A DNA stretch of 63,039 nucleotides, counting the filler, from Octopus bimaculoides (taxonomy: Eukaryota), in assembly GCF_001194135.2 (NCBI RefSeq). It is 8 parts of 8 records of this genome, joined end to end, with 100 filler letters (N's around TTAATTAATTAA, not from the genome) between each part and the next. Parts side by side here need not be neighbours in the genome. Positions count along the whole stretch, not along the records: positions 51,389 to 54,925 come from NC_068988.1; positions 55,026 to 56,931 come from NW_026305641.1; positions 57,032 to 59,170 come from NW_026335778.1; positions 59,271 to 61,861 come from NW_026379044.1; positions 61,962 to 63,039 come from NW_026334952.1; 3 more parts are not named here. One strand, 5' to 3'. The position numbers were made by a program, and so were the translations under genes. Shown piece after piece: positions 51,983-63,039 of the stretch. The notes beneath the pieces were generated by a model, which searched no databases, was not told where the DNA came from, and saw nothing but the letters and a program-made list of their open reading frames with translations. Within the stretch, counting starts at the first letter, position 1. Each line of letters opens with the position of its first letter.

Positions 51983-52147
51983 CAGGCTCAGGAGCTGCTG
52001 TGTGGTAAGTAGCTTGCTCACCAACCGCATGGTCCCGGGTTCAGTCCCATTGCGTGGCACCTTGGGCAAGTGTCTTCTACTATAGCCTCGGGCCGACCAA
52101 AGCCTTGTGAGTGGATTTGGTAGACGGAAACTGAAAGAAGCCCGTCG

Positions 52148-52219
<72 letters not shown>

Positions 52220-52478
52220 TAGATATATATGTATGCATGTATGTATGTATGTATGTGTGTGCATATGTTTGTGTGTCTGTTTGTCCTCCCAGAATCGCTT
52301 GACAACCGATGCTGGCGTGTTTGCGTCCCCGTAACTTAGCGGTTCGGCCTAAGAGACCGATAGAATAAGTACTAGGCTTACAAAGAATAAGTTCAGGGTT
52401 CGATTCGCTCGAATATACAGGCAGTGCTCCAGCATGGCCGCGGTCAAATGACTGAGACAAATAAAAGAGTAAAAGAGT
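51983..52478 (+). mobile_element. SINE family A, full-length copy
   Basis: Head, compound (TA)n(TAGA)n(TATG)n(TG)n spacer, and tail ending (AAAAGAGT)2. Confidence 0.9.
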
Positions 52479-52586
52479 TAACTAGGAAATATCTCGACTG
52501 AGTTATGTTTAGTGGAATCATGCGAATCCCTGATTATTGTCTTAGATTACTAATTGATAAAGTTTTGAGTTTATGTCACAAGATGG

Positions 52587-52630
<44 letters not shown>

Positions 52631-52670
52631 NNNNNNNNNNTGTGTGTGTGTGTGTGTATGTGTGTGTGTG

Positions 52671-53165
52671 TCTGTCTGTCTGTCTGTGTGTCTGTGTCTG
52701 TATGTCTGTGTCTGTGTGCGCTCGCATGTGTGAGTGCGTGTGTCTATTCGAATAGCACACTTAATTTTACATTGACAGCTTACATATCAGTCTGAAACAG
52801 GTACAGCATAATCTTAGCCTATTATATGGAATAGATTGTCAGGCTATTAAGTGGGAAATCTATCCTACGTCTGATAAGAGAGTGAGACAGAAATTCGTAC
52901 CCTCTCAGGGAAGCCTCCTCAATGCACTTAACATGTCAATGGATATCCTCTGAAGCACGTGGAGAAGTACAATTATCTGTGCTCCATTTTTGTGAAGGAT
53001 GGTAGGCAGTTGACTGAACTAGGTGCAATAATTGCAGGATCTGCTGCGGTAATGTAAGCTGTTAATGCAAAATTAATTAAGTGTGATATTCGAATAGATA
53101 GACACACTTACTCACACATGCACGCGCACACAGATACAGACACAGACAGACAGACAGACAGACAG
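52671..53165. repeat. Inverted duplication with about 115-bp arms
   Basis: 52671-52785 (microsatellite plus TATTCGAATAGCACACTTAATTTTACATTGACAGCTTACAT) matches the reverse complement of 53052-53165. Confidence 0.8.
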
Positions 53166-53620
53166 CAGTTTGTCATCGGAAGAGGTGCGTTAGGTGTAAA
53201 TTCCAAAATCGCTATCTTCAATTTGCCCTTCGTTCCTCCTATTTATCGTCATGAATCTTGGGTAAAGACCGAAAGAACACGATCGACAAAGCAAGCGACT
53301 GTGATGGGGTTTCTCTAAAGGTTCTTCGGTGTAACGTTACTCAAGAGAGTGCGTAGCTCAAAGAGGAAAGGAGCGCTCCAGGTAGAACCGTTACTTTTGG
53401 GGATTGAGGGATTGCAGCCCTGATATTAAGGACATATAGTAATAATGTCTCGGCTGGAAAATCGCTAGACAGCTTTTACAGGCAAAATTAACTAGTACGA
53501 TGGTTGGAAAGCATCCGTGAGTTCGATTGGTCTCGCTTCAAGATTCAGCCGGAGGAATTGGAAACATTGTTTCTTATAGGACCCGATGGAAAGCGTGCTT
53601 AACGACTCTGCATCCTTCTC
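52897..53620 (+). mobile_element. RTE-clade (Rex3/Expander-like) LINE RT C-terminal fragment
   Basis: VNGYPLKHVEKYNYL, DGRQ, KIAIFN..FVP, HESWVKTERTRS, MGFL, GVTLLKRVRSS and VEPLLLGIE. Confidence 0.8.
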
Positions 53621-54201
53621 GCACCTTCCTATGAATAAGTGAGTATTAAAAAAATGCGATGCAGATGAGTTCCGATGAATATCACGAGACTGTAAAAAGT
53701 AACAGCATTTCAACTGGCGATAAGTGTTGAAATAGATAACAGTAACTGAAGTTTTGGTAATTAGTCCAAATTAAGCACCATACTGCATACTGCCACCACA
53801 ATATCCATCAAAATACTGGCCAGGCTGGATAGTGTTTAATTGTAGTTATTTGTAGAGAATCAGTCTTCTCACTTATGATGCGGTCAGGATGAGTGAACAG
53901 ACTAATCTCTACATAGTCGCGTGGTCAACTACAAACTTGCCTTCACGAAAGTCTTTCAGCTCACACTTGCAACAGTAGAAGAATGACATATCGGTTTAGT
54001 ACTGGAAACACTATATCAAAACGAATCAAGATGGTCAATACTGGACTACTTGGAATTGATATACTGGGGCCGGGGTTCAATAATAAGAAAAAAAATCGCA
54101 TNNNNNNNNNNNNNNNNNNNNNNNNNNNNNNNNNNNNNNNNNNNNNNNNNNNNNNNNNNNNNNNNNNNNNNNNNNNNNNNNNNNNNNNNNNNNNNNNNNN
54201 N

Positions 54202-54925
54202 ATCCAGACTCTTGCGAAAGAGTACCACCGTGCCACTACCGCCCATTCTCGACAGACAGGGATAAAAATAAATGTTAAACTGTCTGCCAAACATGGACGT
54301 AAGGGCCCGGGGATCATGGAGTCTGGTCTCGCTTATGGCTGTGATTTCTAGTTTGTGTGACTTTATGTCGTTTAGGAGGTACCCTTGTTTCCAAGCCACG
54401 CGCATTTACACAACCAATCTTGAGCATAGTTCTAATGTGAGTGTTAGAGTTTTAAAGAGAGTCACTTACCCTTGGAGAGTTCCTGTCTCCTCCTTCGGAT
54501 TTTCTTCGAGGAGATCGCTGTATAGTTTTTTCGCCAGGTATTGTTGGCATTTGCCAACTGCCTTGCGAAAAATAGATTTTAGTGTGTGTTGCAGGGTTGG
54601 TGTAATGTGTAGTATTCTGATGTGTTCTGGCGGTGTTGTGTAAGGGTGGTTGCTGTTTTTATGTCTTCGTTTGTTATGTTTGTTTTTGTGTTGATGTATT
54701 CCATCAACTCTGAGTTTTTTGTGTTGATGGCAGTGAGCATTGTGTGTGTGCTTACTTTTGGGGTTTTGTTGCTTGTGTTGTTGTTGTGTGTGCTTGTGTT
54801 GGTGTCTTGAGTGTTTTCGGGAGTTGTGTATCTCCCTGCTTTGTTTGTGTTTGCTATTCTTTTCTTGCTCTTCTTCCTCCTTCCTTTCTGGGCTATTTGC
54901 CATTCCTCATTACTTTCATCTTCCG
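54202..54925 (-). mobile_element. Second Tx1-like LINE copy: ORF1 3' end and ORF2 endonuclease start
   Basis: HPYTTPPEHIRILHITPTLQH...YLAKKLY...GK*, then MLKIGCVNARG (frameshift) WKQGYLLNDIKSH...ISETRL. Homologous to 825-1370. Confidence 0.9.
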
Positions 54926-56049
54926 NNNNNNNNNNNNNNNNNNNNNNNNNNNNNNNNNNNNNNNNNNNNTTAATTAATTAANNNNNNNNNNNNNNNNNNN
55001 NNNNNNNNNNNNNNNNNNNNNNNNNCGGAAAATGCTTTGCCTTGTCAACTTTCCCAGAAGTGACGTGCTAACTGGTGTGTGACACGAATTGTCGTATAGT
55101 TTCAGGTGGAAATACGAAATTTCGTCTCCTGCTATGCCGCATATGGGGGATCGCATGATATAATTGAACGATTGGCCTCTTTACAGTAGTAGTAGTAGCA
55201 GTAGTAGTAGTAGTAGTAGCAGCAGTAGCAGCCGCTGAATCTTCACATCGGCTCCCCTTACAGAGTTTGTAGACCTAGATTTGTTGAGGTCATGGGTGGG
55301 GAGAATGTAACAAGTCTGATGCTATTGACTGAAGTTGGTTGTCGAGTTTTGTGGTGGTTATAGTAATGTTGATAGTTGAGGCGGTAGAGTTGGTGGTGGT
55401 GGTGGTGGNNNNNNNNNNNNNNNNNNNNNNNNNNNNNNNNNNNNNNNNNNNNNNNNNNNNNNNNNNNNNNNNNNNNNNNNNNNNNNNNNNNNNNNNNNNN
55501 NNNNNNNNNNNNNNNNNNNNNNNNNNNNNNNNNNNNNNNNNNNNNNNNNNNNNNNNNNNNNNNNNNNNNNNNNNNNNNNNNNNNNNNNNNNNNNNNNNNN
55601 NNNNNNNNNNNNNNNNNNNNNNNNNNNNNNNNNNNNNNNNNNNNNNNNNNNNNNNNNNNNNNNNNNNNNNNNNNNNNNNNNNNNNNNNNNNNNNNNNNNN
55701 NNNNNNNNNNNNNNNNNNNNNNNNNNNNNNNNNNNNNNNNNNNNNNNNNNNNNNNNNNNNNNNNNNNNNNNNNNNNNNNNNNNNNNNNNNNNNNNNNNNN
55801 NNNNNNNNNNNNNNNNNNNNNNNNNNNNNNNNNNNNNNNNNNNNNNNNNNNNNNNNNNNNNNNNNNNNNNNNNNNNNNNNNNNNNNNNNNNNNNNNNNNN
55901 NNNNNNNNNNNNNNNNNNNNNNNNNNNNNNNNNNNNNNNNNNNNNNNNNNNNNNNNNNNNNNNNNNNNNNNNNNNNNNNNNNNNNNNNNNNNNNNNNNNN
56001 NNNNNNNNNNNNNNNNNNNNNNNNNNNNNNNNNNNNNTGTATATATATA

Positions 56050-56230
56050 TGCATGTGTGTGTTTGCCCCCTCCCCCCCATACATCGCTTGACACCGATGT
56101 CGGTGTGTTTACGTCTCCGTAACTTAGCGCTTCCGCAAGAGAGACCGATAGAATAAGTACTAGGCCTTACAAAGAATAAGTCCTGGGGTCGATTTGTTCG
56201 ACCAAAGGCGGTGCTCCAGTATGGCCGCAG

Positions 56231-56232
<2 letters not shown>
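56050..56232 (+). mobile_element. SINE family A, 3' half (head probably in the preceding gap)
   Basis: CATCGCTTGACACCGATG...GATAGAATAAGTACTAGG...GGCGGTGCTCCAGTATGGCCGCAGTC. Confidence 0.85.
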
Positions 56233-56290
<58 letters not shown>

Positions 56291-56332
56291 TCACTGCCTG
56301 GAATCGAACTCGGAACGCTAATAATAGTTTCA

Positions 56333-56462
56333 TCCAAGAGATATGTGGGTCTCACAGAAGGAAATTCCAAAGCAAGATCCAACAATTACATCTTAAGCTT
56401 CAGACACAGGAATAAACGAAACACTACCAAAATTATCCAGTTATATATGGTTCTTAAAAGAA
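56333..56462 (+). mobile_element. Penelope-like element GIY-YIG endonuclease fragment
   Basis: SKRYVGLTEGNSKARSNNYILSFRHRNKRNTTK/LSSYIWFLKE, with one frameshift. Confidence 0.7.
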
Positions 56463-57432
56463 CCTTCGTTTGAAATAATCTTGAAAAATTTGTTGAAATA
56501 TTTCGTCGTATTAAACATGTGCTTGGAACATAAAAGGTTCATTCTAGAAGTTTTGAGACTGTTATAGGAGAGGCAGTAATAACTATCTGGATTATAGTAA
56601 TTGTCTTATACGGCTAATAAGCTGACCTGCCAACTTTTTATTCTAGATTGAAAGAGACTGCTGTAAGAGTACAATTCTTTTGCACCAACCAATCTGCTTT
56701 TATTTAACATTGTTCTAAGGTAAATCTAGAGAGAAAAAATAAACATGCACATCCCAGGACCAGCACACGGTACCCGGATAATTTCCTCCAAGGAATATCA
56801 GACAAATCACCCATAACGGACTATGTTTTGGAAAACAACAATTCCTCATTCGAGGGACTATGGGAGCAGAAAAATAATTCAACTTTACTAGATGGTACTA
56901 CACATAGCACGAACCAATACTAGTGGAAACGNNNNNNNNNNNNNNNNNNNNNNNNNNNNNNNNNNNNNNNNNNNNTTAATTAATTAANNNNNNNNNNNNN
57001 NNNNNNNNNNNNNNNNNNNNNNNNNNNNNNNTGTCATATATATCATGTAAAACAATGAATGCTGAATTGACACATGTAAATGTCTCTTGTCATTTCGTTG
57101 CATCATTTTCTTTGAGGGTTTTCTTTTACTTAAATAAATCTCTAAGTTCCCTATTAATTTTCGATATTGTTTTATAAAATCTTTCTCTCTTTTCTACAAC
57201 TATACCTGCATTTTACCTCTCCACATATCAGTCAAACTATCTATTTGTAAAAGTATCTACCTATCAATTTTTATATTCATCTCTTATGTCTATCTTAGTT
57301 AAAACTACTCTCTGTCTATTTTTCTCTCTACTTACTGATTTCTCTATCAAGTTATTTAAATTCCACGCATGTTTATATCTTATGTATATATCTTATATAT
57401 ATTATATTATGTCTACTTATGTATGTATGAAC

Positions 57433-58510
57433 TAAGTTCAGACAAAAGTTGTTGTTTTTTTTTCGGATTGTCATTGATGATTTTTAACTTTTATCTCCAT
57501 GTTATATCATTAATTTGATACAACTTTTCAAATCGTTGCTGAATCATTTATTCTTTATTTTAATATATGATATATAAACAGCGATTATTCATTCTTATTT
57601 TACAGCTTTGAATATGAGTGGTGAAAAAATTGCAATTACAGCCATTTTACGCTACCTCTAGAAGAAAGGATTGAGTGGAAGTGCAGCAGGTAAAAGAAAT
57701 TAATGATGTTGAAGACTCAGGAGCTACCAACGTATGTGTGGTACAAAATTCGTTCAGACGTTTCAACGAAAGAGACACAAGCCTCGAAGACAAACCAAGG
57801 CTAGGAAGGCCTTCTGTTGTGAAAGATGAAGCTTTGCTTGAAATGGTTTAATAACCGCAAAACTTGGTCCTGCGGAAAGCACTTCCACTGACACTTTCAT
57901 AAAATAGTTCTTGTGTACAGACGCTGCTGAAATCCCCTCATGAACTGACAATGGAACAACATCTGCTGGAAATTCTTATGATTTTTGGTTTCGGATTGTA
58001 ACTGGAGTTAAAAATGGATGAATTTTCATAATCTTGAGTACAGAAATCAGTGTCTGTTCCGAGCAGGCTTCAGAACCTGTTGACAAACAAAGTCGTTTTG
58101 AACAGATCACCTAGAAAACCATTAACTAAAACTAACTTCGCCTATGACATCATTTCCGTAAACAGCAGATATCGTCTTTTCTGCTTCTGCAGCGTTTTAA
58201 CTTTCCAAAATAAAAGAGCATTAAATGACAAAAATGTATTTCATTTTCCTTCATTTTCAATTTTATCGTAAGAACAATTGAAGTAAATAATCCACATAAA
58301 ATTCAATTTGAAAATTGTGGTGAGATCTCCTCTTTCAGAAAATGTATGTCACATATTTCTCTCACGTGAGAAAACAGATCACGTGATTAAACATCACAAA
58401 TTGTAAAACGCTACGAAATTTTTTTACGAATCCAATACTTTTCGTATATAATTAAAGCTTGAAAACTATTAATTAAAGCTTAAAATACGAAATTCTTTTG
58501 ACTCAGCCTA
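57433..58510 (+). mobile_element. Mariner transposon relic
   Basis: MSGEKIAITAILRYL.KKGLSG...FRRFNERDTSLEDKPRLGRPSVV and FRIVTG. Degenerate TIRs TAAGTTCAGACAAAAG and the inverse of CTTTTGACTCAGCCTA match at 12 of 16 positions. Confidence 0.75.
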
Positions 58511-59780
58511 TTGTGTGTATGTCTATTTATATGTGTGTACGTTTGTATGCATGTATGTATGAATGTATCTACTCCACAAATCTATCAACACCTATAAGTA
58601 CCTATGCACTATATAACATAGCTACTATAAGGAAGATTCAGTTGAATTAGATTCTTAAAGTGAGACAGCTCGTTAGGTTGTAATAACATACACACAAAAT
58701 AATAATATGTAAATAACAAACTTGGTACATAATTACTGGCCGAATGATATTCTTGCAATGTATGTAGAGAAGAATCCGCTCTTGAGCCATTCAGACATCT
58801 ACATTTTATTAAATATACGGTTCATAATATTCGGTTGACTTAACCACAAATCGTTTTCTTACCGGTGGACATTAAACAACTCCTTAGTAGATAATTCCAG
58901 ACTAATGGAACCGCACACTCCTCTTTTCTTAGAAGTATAGATAACTGAGACACTTTGGAATCAAATATTCCTTCCCCTTCCTAAAAAACTCTACTAACCT
59001 CTAAATTTCTCTGTTTTGATCAAAATGTACATTATTCTGGTAAATCCATTTTGTTATCTGAAATAAATATTTTTGCCCCGTTGACTATGTTAAATCAAAC
59101 TAAATGTCCTTTATCTTGAAACTCAGTCTTGGAAATGATGTGAGTAGGGAACATTTTTTATGAAAAAAGGNNNNNNNNNNNNNNNNNNNNNNNNNNNNNN
59201 NNNNNNNNNNNNNNTTAATTAATTAANNNNNNNNNNNNNNNNNNNNNNNNNNNNNNNNNNNNNNNNNNNNATATATATATATAGTAATTCTTACTACAAC
59301 TAGTAACTAACCTACAATTCTGCCTGCGTAAAAAAATATATGTTCAGTTGCTAGCTGTAATTGTGCATCATAAACGATTTGTTAATCTCTTCCTCACCAA
59401 ATATTAATGAGTAGCTTATATGTTGGTTTAGTGTAGGCCAACTTGCAGAGAAGTGGACTTACATCCCAAATTTGCATACCTGTACATGCGTTGGCAAAAC
59501 TTCATAATTATATAATTAAAGAAATGGCGCTTATTGCGGTGGGATGCACAGTAATAATAGTTTGATTTTACGATATGAATATTTCATTCTCACCCACTTA
59601 GATAATGAAAGCATGAGTTTTCTAATCTGTCGCCAGTAATATCTAATGATATAATTACATGTAACGCTTATTGGACTTCATTATATATGGGTTTTTCAAA
59701 ATCCAGACCAATGACATAGACAGAGACGCCATCAAGAAATACAGCGAAAAAATAAGGTAAGAGAGAGAGAGAGAGAGAGT

Positions 59781-59814
<34 letters not shown>

Positions 59815-59924
59815 AAGACAGAGAGAGAGAGAGACAGAGAGAGAGAGAGGAGACAGAGAGAAGTGCAGCAACTTATATCTTCCATAGTATACAGTATGTC
59901 TGAAGAAATAATTGGTCTACTTCA

Positions 59925-60370
59925 TCTGTGGTAGGAAGTTTGCTTCACAACCAAACGGTTCTGGTTCGGTTCCACTGCCGACCAAATCCTTGTAAGTGGA
60001 TTTGGTCTACGGGAATTAAATATATGCACACGCATACACACACATGCACACACGCACATACACAGACATGAACACAAATACAGGCAGATGTGTGCGTGTT
60101 TGTGTATATGTTTGTGTGTATGTTTGTGTGTGTGCGTGTGTGTGTGTGTGCGTGCATATGCACGTGTACGTGCGTGCATGTGCATGTGTCTGTGTGTCTT
60201 TGGGTCTGTATTTGTTCCCATAACCGCTTGAAGATCGATGTTCGTGTGTTTACGTCCCCGTAACTTAGCTGTTCAGCAAAAGAGGGTGATCGATTTAGTA
60301 CTGGTGTCAAATAAAATCCTTTGAGGCTTGCTCCAGCATAGTCGCAGTCGGATGACTGATTGAAGTAAGA
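59925..60370 (+). mobile_element. SINE family A, diverged copy with internal deletion
   Basis: Head, AGTGGATTTGGT, mixed (CA)/(TG) microsatellite, and GTTTACGTCCCCGTAACTTAGC tail. Confidence 0.75.
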
Positions 60371-61420
60371 ATTAAAACTATAGACAATTGTCCTTATGGT
60401 AGACACCCGGCCAGAAATTCGGAAGAATATTATTAGTCAACGGATAATTTATCTCATGGATCTCAGAGAAATTCGAACGTGAAGAATCTACACTAAACAC
60501 TATAAGAGATATTGTCAAACGCGTTACTAATTCTTCCGTTCTATCTCACCGAACTAATTAATAAAAACAGTAGACGTAATTTAGATGAGTATTAATAACA
60601 GGCAAAGTTATGCGAAGGTATTTTGAACAAAGCCACATATTAGCACTCGGCATGTATTACATTTCTACGTATTCTTTCATCTTGTAGCGCTTCTATTGAT
60701 TATATAACGAATTCATGTTTATAACAGCTGCATCGTTATATAAAATTGGCAAAGGAATTTAATTCCATCATATTTATGAAATACTAATCATTTTGTCGCC
60801 GTCAGGTTAGTTATCGCTTTATTATGCAGTGGTTACAACTGATGAGAATATTAACATCAAGCTCGTTTGTTGCTAAAAGTTTACAAAAAAAAAATTGCTT
60901 AACCGCAATGTGGAGCCCAACATACGACAAACTTTTACTTCGCACAAACGCAAACACACACGCACATGCATGCAGACACACAAGCAAACACATAAGCACA
61001 TACAGGCATAAANNNNNNNNNNNNNNNNNNNNNNNNNNNNNNNNNNNNNNNNNNNNNNNNNNNNNNNNNNNNNNNNNNNNNNNNNNNNNNNNNNNNNNNN
61101 NNNNNNNNNNNNNNNNNNNNNNNNNNNNNNNNNNNNNNNNNNNNNNNNNNNNNNNNNNNNNNNNNNNNNNNNNNNNNNNNNNNNNNNNNNNNNNNNNNNN
61201 NNNNNNNNNNNNNNNNNNNNNNNNNNNNNNNNNNNNNNNNNNNNNNNNNNNNNNNNNNNNNNNNNNNNNNNNNNNNNNNNNNNNNNNNNNNNNNNNNNNN
61301 NNNNNNNNNNNNNNNNNNNNNNNNNNNNNNNNNNNNNNNNNNNNNNNNNNNNNNNNNNNNNNNNNNNNNNNNNNNNNNNNNNNNNNNNNNNNNNNNNNNN
61401 NNNNNNNNNNNNNNNNNNNN

Positions 61421-61457
<37 letters not shown>

Positions 61458-61615
61458 TATATGTGTGTGTATGTGTGTGTGTGTTTGTATGTGTGTGAAT
61501 GTGTGTGTGTCTGTGTCTGTGTATAATTGAATAATTAACAACAGATGGATAATGTGTCAATTCACTGCAGCTGTTTCCAACGAATTTTTAATCGATTAAA
61601 TACATTACATCATTA

Positions 61616-61843
61616 CCGGTTGTCAAGCGATGTTGGGGGACAAACACAGACAAGCAAACACGCATACATATATACATATACACGAGTGGTTCTTTCACTT
61701 TCCGTCTACCAAATCCACTCACAAGGCTTTGGTCGGTACGAGGCTATAGTAGAAGACACTTGCCGAAGGTGCCACGCAGTGGGACTGAACACGGAACCAT
61801 GTGGTTGGTGTGCAAGCTACTTACCACAGCTACTCCTGCGCCT
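61616..61843 (-). mobile_element. SINE family A, 5' portion
   Basis: Close match to 7829-8087. Confidence 0.88.
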
Positions 61844-63039
61844 ATATAATAATAATAATAANNNNNNNNNNNNNNNNNNNNNNNNNNNNNNNNNNNNNNN
61901 NNNNNTTAATTAATTAANNNNNNNNNNNNNNNNNNNNNNNNNNNNNNNNNNNNNNNNNNNNTCTGTGGAGTCAATTGAAATAGCTCAAACTCTATCAAAT
62001 CATATGCGAATGACATAATCAACGAAAGAATAAATTTATGTAAAAAAAAATGCGTAAAGTGTTCAAACCAATGTTTGAAAATATATCTCATTCACATCTT
62101 AAAGTAATATTTGTCACCTCTTGGCAGCACAGCAGAGTCAGAAATATGAGCTAGATAATATTTTCTTTTTATTCTACTTCTGTAGTATGAACTAGAAATG
62201 AGGTTGCACTTTCGATGCTGAAGCACTTTCAAAATTAATATTACGTTCTCCTGTGTGACTTGTTTATTTACTATGATATGAAAACATCTCAGAAAATACC
62301 TGAAGTCTACCTTAAACTTATAAATCCATTTTTTTCTTTTGTTTGTTTTAGATTGAAAGTATATTTTCACGATTTACAAAATAATACGATTATTAATATT
62401 GCACTAAGAAACATTTTGTCACTTTATCAATAAAAAAAAATTATTATTATATCTCTAATACCAAAATAGTTCAAGCATGTTAAGGGAATAATTATGAGTT
62501 TGGGAATTAAAACGGATAACAGAAAAACACGGAAAATTTTCTTGTACTCTTATTCATCGGAATCATAGTACTAAAAATTTGATAGTGTAACTAGTGAAGG
62601 TAAAAGTAGTGAAACCGAATAATATTCCGTTCATTTTACGATTCATTCATACCAAAAGGAATATGAGGTTGTCCCGAGCTGTTAATAAGATTATTTCCGA
62701 ATGGACATGGTTTTATTACTTTTCTGACATTTCGTTAAGTACCATTGAATAGTGCTTATTAATAGATGGGAATAAATATTGGACAATACTTGGCACAGTT
62801 TTCCAATTTCCAAATATATCGTTTAGAAAATTATCGCATACTATTTCATATTTAATTATTTTAGGACTTGGCTGAGTTTTAAATATATCTACATGACACC
62901 TACACAGAGAATGGCCACTAACACAATCTAGTAAGATTGTGTCTACGTAATCACTCGATGCACTTGAAAAGGCAGCCAAATCTTCCTCGAGTCAAAACCT
63001 ATCGACTTTATTTGGGTTGTAAAAACATGATGATTACTC

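Noticed and set aside
53961-54100. FFFLLLNPGP resembling a 2A ribosomal-skip peptide next to a LINE
   Set aside because: It lacks the GD(V/I)ExNPGP core and is separated from the LINE by a gap.
55026-55408. Thr/His-rich minus-strand segment that might be the ORF1 5' part of the second Tx1 copy
   Set aside because: It is separated by an artificial spacer and does not align to copy 1.
2516-61560. Long ORF-track entries rich in X, or in YI/HT/CV/LS dipeptides
   Set aside because: They arise from N gaps and microsatellites, not from genes.

Overview
AT-rich, gap-ridden eukaryotic genomic DNA, most likely an Octopus draft scaffold. That assignment is an inference from the SINE families, the RTE tails and the microsatellite load; no database search was possible. 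The only host coding sequence I can support is one 204-nt internal exon of GNPAT (peroxisomal DHAP acyltransferase) at 6078-6281 (+). Everything else recognisable is a decayed transposable element: two Tx1/L1-like LINE copies, three pieces of one CR1-like LINE family, several RTE-clade LINE fragments, a Penelope GIY-YIG fragment, a Gypsy (Mag-like) LTR element, DD41D and mariner transposase relics, three MITEs with visible TIR/TSD, and two tRNA-derived SINE families. The most structured object is a terminus-to-terminus Helitron at 10233-18976 (-). It keeps its Rep/HUH region, but a CR1 RT fragment sits where the helicase should be, and it carries nested insertions and an internal tandem array. 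Other points of note are a G.U-biased hairpin on the GNPAT sense strand, a 3' tail shared between the CR1 LINE and the main SINE, and a PHD-like finger inside an RTE reverse transcriptase. I found no convincing new biological system; the findings are transposon-biology and RNA-structure leads. Seven 44N-TTAATTAATTAA-44N spacers are assembly artefacts, so order and distance across them are uncertain.
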